Assembly: GCA_013265495.1 (NCBI GenBank)
Contig: MU058213.1
Coordinates: forward strand, 1,984,001-2,048,000
DNA from: Vicugna vicugna
Taxonomy: Eukaryota
Length of the DNA stretch: 64,000 nucleotides
Direction: 5' to 3'
Positions 54,525 to 64,000 of the stretch are shown here, in pieces. The notes under the pieces are model-generated. The model was not told the DNA's origin and made no database searches. It saw nothing but the letters and a program-made list of their open reading frames with translations. Positions within the stretch are counted from its first letter, which is position 1. Each line of letters starts with the position of its first letter. The position numbers and the translations under genes were made by a program.

Positions 54525-55982
54525 CACTATGATTTTCCCCTTTTTAATACTGATTTTTAAAAGTACAAATGACAGCTTGATGTTCCATATAAGAATCTTT
54601 ATCAGATGAATGGCCTTACAGATTGAATTGAGGGAACACCTTCTGGATGTGAATGAGCAGAATACTTCCTGTTGTCATTTTCATTGACACAGGATTCCAA
54701 CAACAGAGTTCTGTGGTTCCTTTCTGTAGCCAATTGTTGACTATAATATACATAAAATACATAGGAGCTTCCCAGCCATTTGCCTTGGCACGTAACTGGG
54801 TTGTGAACACTTGACACGCAGGGTGAGAGAAATTGAAACCCTCAACCCAGTGTGTGTACAAAGATAATCATTTTCTATGCTCATGTTAAAAAGGATGGGG
54901 AATACTGAATTAAGTAAAACTTGTCTAGGAACGTAAGTAATTTAAAACTGTAAAAAGTCCAAACCATTATAGAGTTTGGAAAACTATACTTGCAACTAAG
55001 AAATAAACCTCTTAGTGATACAGAATAACTGTCACACAAACTCTCATCATGAGCAACTGGGTTCTCCCAAACTCTTCCATTTAAAAAAGAAAAGTTTTTA
55101 AATAATGTTTTTTTAGGTGCAAAAAGGAAAGGGCAATATATTCTAACAACGTGAACTTCCTGGTCACTTCCCAAAGCTAGAAGGGCTCTTAAATCACCGA
55201 TGAGGAAATTGTAAATTAGAGCTGGTGAAGGATGGGTGTATCTTCATTGTTTGATCCCTGAACCCAAGCACACTGCCTGCCACAGGAGGGGATATTTAAT
55301 AAATAATTCTTACATGACTTCTTGAAAATGGAGTAAGAGAATTCACTAGAAACTAGAAGAAACTTTAAGAATGTGGCATTGAACTCCTATTTTGCTGATG
55401 AGGAGTTGGAGGAAAGGTGATGAGACTTTCCTGGAACCAGAGAGTCCTCTTGTTCTGGTAGAACTTATATTCTTGGGAAGGTAACTCCCCCAGTTCCCTT
55501 TTTGGTGTTCCATTCAAATGAATGGAAATATAAGCAGTCTGATTCTAGGTTGATCATTAGGTTGTATCCAGCACACCACCGTCTCACCAATTTTATTCAA
55601 AATGCACTTTATTGTGAAGGAAAGAGGCAAGAAAATAAAATAGGAGTCATGTAAATCTTGACCTTTTTCCTCCCATAATAGCTAGCAGGTATTCTTTGAT
55701 CCTCAGTTTTCTCAACTATGCAATGGGAAAAAATAACTACTTTGGAGAATTGATGCAAAAAGAGGTGAAAACCAGAAAATGCTTATCACAATTCTTTGTT
55801 CATAACTGGCAGTCAGTAAATATTTACTGAATGAATGGAGAAATGAATCACTATAATTTTACACTGTGGACCGGTAATATGATTATCACTTTCTAGCAAT
55901 ACCTTTCTCAGTGAGATTCTGCCCCCTCTTTCTTTTAGAATACTGTCACTACAATTTCTTTTCTCAAAAATAATGTGGATGT

Positions 55983-56145
55983 CTGTATAGCACAGGGAAA
56001 TATACACAAAATGTTATGATAAATCACAGAGAAAAAAATGTGACAATGAGTGTGTATATGTCCATGAATGACTGAAACATTGTGCTGAACACTGGAATTT
56101 GACACAACATTGTAAAATGATTATCAATCAATAAAAAATGTTAAA
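55983..56145 (+). mobile_element. Young, heavily 5'-truncated L1 3' end, same subfamily as 45885-46084
   Basis: Perfect 17-bp TSD aaaaataatgtggatgt (55966-55982 and 56146-56162); 3 mismatches to the 45.9 kb copy over the shared ~160 nt. Confidence 0.9.
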
Positions 56146-56254
56146 AAAAATAATGTGGATGTACACTAGAACATTTGGCCATGAAAATGTACAATTTGCT
56201 ATTATTATTACTTCTAAACACTGTGATGATCTTTTAAACAACTCTAAGTAATAT

Positions 56255-56485
56255 TAGGGTGCTCAGATTTAGCAAATAAAATTGTAAGATGTCCAGTTAA
56301 GTTTGAATTTCAAATAAACAATGATTTTTTTTAGAATAAGTATGTCTTGGGCAATACTTGGGATGTGCTTATACTAAAAAATTGACTATTGCATGGGATA
56401 TGCTTTATAAACATTATTTACTGTTTATCTGAAATCCAAATTGAATTGGGTATCCTGTAGGCATCTTAGTACCGCTGGCAACTCT
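56255..56485. mobile_element. MER53 palindromic hAT MITE with a duplicated centre
   Basis: tagggtgctcagatttagcaaataaaa...tttgaatttcaaataaaca / tgtttatctgaaatccaaatt...ctggcaactcta. Confidence 0.82.
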
Positions 56486-56741
56486 AAGTTACAGCTAAAA
56501 GGGAACCTTGAAGGTTACTATCATCCCCTTCATTCTACAGATGAAGGAAAGAAGGCTCAGAAAAACTGATTACTTGCCCAAAGCAATCCAGGTAGAGAGT
56601 GGCTGAAGTCTCTCTAAACTGCCCTCCAAGAACTCTCCTCCTGCACACCATGACAAAGACAACCCAGATTTCCCCACCAGAAAGTCTTAGTGATCAGCCA
56701 AGCAAAATTCTTTATGTTGGTAGTTCATTAAAAATTAAAAA

Positions 56742-56835
56742 ATACATACATATATACATTCATACATTCATACATACATACATATACATAAATAAATAAA
56801 TAAATACATACATACATACATAAATAAATAAATAA
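56742..56835. repeat. Compound (TACA)n/(TAAA)n tetranucleotide microsatellite
   Basis: Alternating blocks of atac and ataa units read directly. Confidence 0.9.
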
Positions 56836-58796
56836 CAAAAAACCAAAAAGTCAAGTAAAACAGCAACAATAAAATCTCTCAGGCATTCAGGCTCCAACGT
56901 GCCCTCCTTTGCCTTTAAAAGCTGGGCTAACCCTTCCTGGTCCTTTCTCTGTAATTACAACTTTTCCTGGCAAGCACAAGAAAAGACAACACACCATTAC
57001 AGCCCCCATCCTCCCTCTCACCCTGGTTTTCTTCTCCATAACAATTTGTTTTTATCTCCCTGACCTGTCTGAGGCTAGCAGAATAATTAATATGATGCAA
57101 ATACGGTTTTGTGGCTGGTATCTACTGGACACTGGAATTGTTTACACTTTACTAAACAGCTTTCTTCAGGGACAAGCCCTGAAACTGAGTTTCTGCCTCT
57201 TCAGCCTCAAAGACAAAAACAAATCTCAAACTTTTTGACTGAGGACAGTCAACCAAAAATTACAAAAGATAAAGTCCTCAATTACTATCCATGAATTCCT
57301 TCAATAACCTCCTGACCAAAGTAAACATCTGTGAGTAAATAAAAAGAGTATATTAGCTTTGGGAGAAAACAGATCTGGGTTCAAATCTCAGATCTGCCAC
57401 TTACAATTGTGTGGCTTCTGAATCCCATTTCTTAAGTGGAAAGGAATTCCACCTACTTTCTTCAAAACTTATACTTAAGTACCGTGAGAGACACAAACAG
57501 ATTACCTCATGATTCTTTCCCTCAAAGAAGATAATGTAGTCATCTTGAGCCCAAAGGGAGTTTTGTTACTAAGTTTTTTTAAGTTAAGGTTAAAATAGCT
57601 TGGAGTATTAAAATTCATCAAATTGTACACTTTAAATGAGTGTAGCTTACTGTATGTAAATTACACCTTAATAAATTTGAAAAAAACAGATTGTGGATAA
57701 GAATAAGTAGCTTGGTCAAGGTCACACAGCTAGTAGGTGGCAATAAACTGGGAGAGGATGAAGTAGGGCTTTGTGAAGGAACAAGGAATAGATGTAAGCT
57801 GGAGAGAAAGCATCTGGGTGTTAGGGTAGGGCAGAGTGAGAGCTACTGCAACCACCGGGAAAGGAAGCAAGCAGCCTGAGGAACCCAGAGGACCTAAGGG
57901 TTCCTGCACAGCTGGTCTTAGCCAAAGCCGTGTCATCCAGAACCTGTCTGCTCGCAGTTGCTCCCAAAGCAAAAGGTCTTATTTTATCAACAGATTGTAA
58001 TCAGGATAATTCCTTAGAAAAGGTAAAAAAAAAAAAAAAGTCAAAGGCTGCTCAAAGTATATTTGAATAAAACATAAAAATCCACCTGGTTTACTCAGGG
58101 GAGCATGACTATTTCAGAACTAACCCCTAACCAACATCAAAGCCAAGCTCCCTTCAAAATGTTATAGCTGAATGATGTACTAGTTAGGTTGTCTTTAAAT
58201 GTACGTTAACATGAATGTTTGCTGTGTACTACCTCAAATCATACTGGGAAACATGTCTCTAATCCATTACAATAATCAAATCTTTTCCTCTACCCATTCA
58301 TAAACCTCACTCCAACCCAGACGGTTCCTTGCACCCAAACACTCGTAGTTGATGAACCTCCTAATTAACCAAGAAAATTAAGGAATTTAGACATGAGCAT
58401 CCTCTTATCACTTCAGCATTCTATATCTTTTCCTTATTTTTAGCTTTTTTTATGATATTCATACTAATTTCCTATGATAACATTTTAATCACTACTCCAA
58501 ATACCATCTTCTGTCACCTCAGCTACTCATTTTATTAACCCATATTTCTTGTGTTTTCAACTGATCCCCCTTTTCTTTGGCCCTTTTGCCTTTACTTACA
58601 TGCATTTAGTTAACAAATATTTATTAAATATCTATTAACTATCTATCATATGCAAGAGACTAGGCAAGATTCTAGGGATGCAGACAAGAACCTACAAACC
58701 TCAAGGAGCTCACAGGTGTCTAAGGAGACAGGCTTATCCCGAGTCAACAACAGTGTGATGGTTGTTATATAAAGTCAGTGCAAGAATGTTTGAGGA

Positions 58797-59623
58797 TGCT
58801 TCCATGTCTTGGCTACTGTATACAGTGCTGCTCTGAACGTTGGGGTGCATGTATCTTTTTGAATTAGAGTTCCCTCCAGATATATGCCCAGGAGTGGCAT
58901 TGCTGGATCAGATGTTAAGTCTATTTTTAGCTTTTTGAGGAATCTCCATACTGTTTTCCATAATGGCTGCACCAAACTATATTACCACCAATAGTGTAGG
59001 AAGGTCCCTTTTTCTCCACAGCCTTTCCAGCATTTATCGTTCATGGGCTTTTGAATGATGGTCATTCTGATTGGTGTGAGGTGATACATCATTGTAGGTT
59101 TGATTTGCATTTCTCTGATAATTAGTGATATTGGCACTGTGATTTTTTCATGTGCCATTTGTATGTCTTCATTTGAGAATTGCTTGTTTAGGTCTTCTGC
59201 CCATTTCTAGATTGGATTTTTTTTTGTTATTAAGTTGTATGAGCTGTTTATATATTCTGGAAATTAAACCTTTGTCAGTCATATCATTTGCAAATATTTT
59301 CTCCTATTCCACAGGTTGTCATTTTGTTTTTTTTGTGGTTTCCTTTGCTGTGCAAAAGCTTGTAAGTTTAATTAGGTCCCATTTGCTAATTTTTGCTTGT
59401 ATTTCCATTACCTGGGTAGACTGCTCTAGGAGAACATTGCTAAGATTTATGTCAGAGAATGTTTTGCCTATGTTTTCTTCTAGGAGATTTATCGTGTCTT
59501 GTCTTATATTTAAGTCTTTAAGCCATTTTGAGTTTATTTTTGTGTATAGTGTGAAGGAGTGTTCTAACATCATTGATTTATATACTGCTGTCCAGTTGTA
59601 ACTGGCTATATTTCAATTAAAAA
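58797..59623. mobile_element. L1 with 5' inversion: antisense ORF2 segment plus a short sense 3' terminus
   Basis: Minus-strand ORF2 peptides ([44 protein letters not shown]) followed at 59596 by sense ttgtaactggctatatttcaattaaaaaaa. Confidence 0.85.
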
Positions 59624-60297
59624 AATAATTTTGGGGGACAAAACACAAGTGGAGCTTGAAATCAAACATAGGAAGGATTTCTCTAGGGAGGTTAACATCT
59701 AAACTCAAATTCCAAATACTACACACTTACCAGTATTATACATTTGTTGGTTTGGTGACCCAGGCAAGTTCTTAGTTACTTTAAATTTTATTTTCCTCAT
59801 CCATGAAATGGGAATAATACCTGCCTTACCTAGCTATAATAAGACTAAGGATACAGTATAGACCCAGTGGTGAGGCCCTAGAGTTAGTCAGCCTGGATTT
59901 GAATGCCAACTCTACTACTGTATGCCCTCAGGCTAGTTACTTTACAACTGCATATTGGAATCTTCATTGATAAAATGTAGATAAATAAGAATATCAATCT
60001 AATGAGGTAGACATGAGAGTTAAATGGGATAACCCATGGAAATCATTAGACAATGAGCATTCATTAAATGTTAGCTTTTCTTATCAGAAGGCCTTTTTAC
60101 TCTTAAAACCTGTGTATAAATCCTGTTAGGTAAACAGTACTACAATAAGTGGAATCCTTGTCATTTATAACCAATTATTTTATGATTCATAATTTACAGT
60201 GGATCCCAACTATTAAGTGAATTAAGCAGGAAAGACTAAATGAAAATCTGAAGGTACCAAATTGGCAAAATAGAACAAAATCTACTGTTTTCCCATC

Positions 60298-60767
60298 TGT
60301 TACGGGTTAAAATGAGCTCATCCCCAAATTCATATATTGAAATCCTAAGCCCCAGGACCTCAGAATGTGACCTTATTTGGAAACAAGGTCATTGCAGATG
60401 TAATTACTTAAGTAAGGATGAGGTCATACTGGATTGGGGTGGGCACCTAATCCAATATGACTGGCATCCTTAGAAAACAAGGAAATTTGGAGAAAGATGC
60501 ACATGAGAGAATCATGTGAAAACAAAGGCAGGGATGAAGTGATTTCTCTAAGCCAAGGAATGCCAAAGACTGTGAGCAAACCACCAGAAGCTAGGGGAGA
60601 GGCATGGAACAGATTCTTCCTCAGAGTCCACGGAAGGAACCAACCTTGCTGACACCTTGATTTCAGACTCCCAACCTCTGGAACTGTAAGACAGGACATT
60701 TCTGTGTTATCTGAGTACCACTCCAGTTTGTGGTACTTTGTTATGGCAGCCCTAGAAAACTAATATA
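60298..60767 (+). mobile_element. MaLR solo LTR (MLT1C-like)
   Basis: tgttacgggtt start, cagaatgtgaccttatttggaaa core, gcagccctagaaaactaatata end; 5-bp TSD ccatc / ctatc. Confidence 0.88.
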
Positions 60768-63700
60768 CTATCTGACAGATTTCTGTTTCTTTCCAGCCAA
60801 ACGTAAATCTTAATAATGCATGTATCAATTCTGAAGACATATACTTAAATACGAGTCTGAATCACACAATTGGTCATTTACCAAATTCTGTTCTCTGCTT
60901 CATCTTTGAAATAAATCCCTTGTCCATTCATATTATAGATTCCCTGAGGAAAGAATATATTAATTCAACAGATATTTATTAAAATTGCTACTAAATGAAA
61001 GATGAAAAAACACAGGTTCCTGACCTCTAGAAATTCACAACCTACAAGTCAAGCCCTAAGTACATAATAACTGACGCAAAGCAGACTGGGATGAGCACTT
61101 CTGAGGTCCAACAGCAAAGCACACTTCACTTCCGTGGTATCAATCCCTTACACCTAGGCTTCTCCCTTAGAAAAAGTCTGTGTTTTCCATGGGCCAGTTG
61201 TCTCCTTCCTTAGCTCTGACATCTATCTCCCTTCTCCTGTGTTCAGCACAAGCTGACACCAGAAGTCAGTCTTCTGCCACAATGATCATCCTTTCCTTGC
61301 AGAATAAACAGATGGAAGGCACTCCCACAGGCAGCAGTATGACTCTGTGTAGACAAGTCCTGGTTGGAGAAGGCTCCCTAATCTCCTTAATTCGAGTGTT
61401 TTCTGACTCTGCCCACAAAACAGGGATGCCTCTGCCAGGGAAACCTTTAGGATCACCCTCTTACACTCCAGGATCCTAGCAGAAGTGTGGTCCAAACAGA
61501 TTTACTTCAAGAAGGTTTATGACTGCAGAATTCCCTGATGGCTTAGAGAGAAGGTAGAGGAGGGACAGGACTTGAAGGTCATAATCCAAAGGAACCTTAG
61601 CTTTACTGGAATATTCAGTTCTTTAAAAAGATATTTTCTGGGACTTCTAGCTCATTTTAGCATTAATTCAAGACACAAGCAGTGAGCCATTTGCCATTCT
61701 ACTCATCTTTGTGTATTTTCTGTTGTGAGCAAAGACAAATTCTACCTACCCACCTCTTTTCAGCATTTTTCCCTTTCCTGGCTCCTCTTACTTTCCTGAT
61801 TCCTGATCACATCCCCACCTTCTGCCTTAATTATCCTCTCCTCTTTTTTCCCAGTCCTAAGACAAAGTGCTATAGATTTGTGTCCACTGCATGGCATTCC
61901 AGATGTTGTGTTGTGCTGGGTTTCCTCATGCACTCATTAGCTCATTTAATCTACACACCCACTATTAGTGTTATGAGGAAAAGGAGGCTTGGTAAATCTA
62001 AATCCTCTAACAAGAATTATATCTCTGATCTGTCTGACTTCAAAGATTATCCCACTTCTCAACTGACTTGAGAATAAGAGTGATGACACCACCACCTGTT
62101 TACAGTTACTCTTTACAGATGAACCAGCCCACCTATTTCTTTAAAAACAAAACAAATCAAAAACAACTTAGGTCCAACCACAGGAGTGATTAAGGTACCA
62201 CATTACCCTTTAATTGAAGGGTAAATGTATAAATAATGTACAAAACCTATTCATTACATGTGTGAAAGGACATGTGTGGGCAAGAGTGTTTTCCAAGCAT
62301 CAGGACTTAATGCAGAAACAACCACAAAAAGCCCACTGTTACCGTAACACTGGTGTCAGGGAACAAGACTCACAGTACAAAGTGAGATTTCGATACTGTA
62401 GTGATTTCAATGCCACGTGTCACAAGAGTAGCTGAGGGAGACAGGTAAGACATGACTACCTACAGGCCAACAGAAACCAGACAAAGGTAGCGCTTTCTAA
62501 CATACTCTGGTTTCTCCTTATCCTGAAACAAATGTCCCTGGCAAGGGGGATCCCTCTTGTCACTTCTCTGTTAGGTTTCTACTGACCAGAGGAGTTATAT
62601 CCAGTGAAATCGAGAAATTCTGTCCCTGGGGCATAAATAAATGCCCAACTCCTATAGTTCATGGGAGTCTGAGAACCTGAGAGGCCTGGAATCGATCCAA
62701 CCCATTTTAACGAGCAAGAAACTACCTAGTAATACCTTGTTTGTATTTCTTGGAGGAGGGACACAAGAAACACTTATTTCATTCCACACAATAACTCACC
62801 ACAATCAGAAGGAGCACAGCAAGGGCAACACCATCTCCCAGCTGCTGATTACATCAAAGGCTTGCAGCACAAATTCAATTTTATGATGTTAATCTCGGCC
62901 TGCCACTCAGAAATTTTCTCTGAGGGATATGATTTTTCTCTGGATTTCATTTTAAGAATGATTTTCTTCGTCCACAATCAATAAAGATATGTTTTCATCA
63001 AAAGACTCTATCTTGGTAGAATTCAATTGGCTATTTCAATCCCTTTTAGTGACACAATATTAATTAAAATAGTTTATGTTGCACTTCAGCTGGAAAAAAG
63101 AGGCAGCAAAAATAGCAGCTACTCAGAACACATGTTCTGTGCACATCAACATGGAGGGCAGAAAATAATTTTCTCTTTCTCCAGGTGACAGACATTAGCT
63201 ATTCAAGAGAGTTGCTCTGACTTACTTTTATCTCTGTGGTCCCACTGGAAAAAAAAACAAAAGGCTCTTCCTGTTTGTATATTTTGTTCAGCAGGAAATC
63301 AAAATGCACATAAAGAAGATGCTCACTTCCCAGTGCCTCAAGAGAAGCAGAAATAAATGTCTGTGCCTGTGTGGCATATTGGGCTGTTATTAAGAATCAC
63401 AGTCCCTGTTTCTCTTAACTAAAAAGAATATTGTAATGCTATGAAAAATTCTTTTCATTTTCAATTTCTAAACAATGATTGCAATTGAATACATTATATT
63501 TTTTAAAAAGGAAACATATAGAATTAGTACAGAGTTTTTCACATTTAAAAAAGAGGAGAAAATTGAGAAATGTATTACAGGAGATTAATTCCATTTTAAC
63601 TGTGATTTTGAGAGTGTTAGTTCACTTAACAAATATTTATGAAGGGCCTACTGTGTGCCTGACTCTGGTCACCACTTAAGGCTGAGAGAATATGAACTTG

Positions 63701-64000
63701 AGGCTGGAAATCTGAATTTTAAACCAGCTCTCCAAAGATATTCTTATTGACATTGGAGGCTAAGGAACTTAATCAATCTTATCACCCTCCATGCACAGCA
63801 CAATTAATGAAATATACAAATTAACTGATAAATTTAAAGCAATATTCATTTAATGAATGACCAAAAAGAACAATTCCCTCAAGACGTTTTTACTCAGGGC
63901 CTGGTCTGCATGGCCTGGTGAGATCACCAATACTTGGCCGGTCTGATCTGGGCCTTCCACAGCAAACAGGCCTCGTCTGGCTCCTAACCTAGTATTTTTC

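Noticed and set aside
59152..59601. 149-aa plus-strand hydrophobic ORF (and similar ORFs at 12574-12876 and 14010-14980)
   Set aside because: These are antisense readings of L1 ORF2, a common source of spurious ORFs.

Overview
This is mammalian genomic DNA, almost certainly from a camelid: it carries a Vic-1-type tRNA-derived SINE and cetartiodactyl-type L1 3' ends. The window holds the 5' half of WDR72 on the minus strand. I traced 12 coding exons (numbered 2-13 after the human gene) from the ATG at 53445 down to 24300. All have GT-AG boundaries and splice into one uninterrupted frame of 1759 nt (586 codons + 1 nt) encoding N-terminal WD40 repeats. I did not find the first non-coding exon or exons 14 onward, so 1-24299 is read as intron 13 and 53458-64000 as intron 1. 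The rest is AT-rich intron with L1, L2, MIR, MaLR/ERVL LTR and hAT fossils; almost all other ORFs in the track are chance or repeat-derived. I see no evidence of a new multi-gene system. The best second-look items are a shifted exon 10 acceptor, a CpG-loaded exon 3, a WD40 Asp-to-Asn change, two orphan poly(A) retro-insertions, a pure poly(A) insertion, a twin-primed L1 and a 29-nt templated insertion. Human comparisons and repeat family names come from memory, not from searches.
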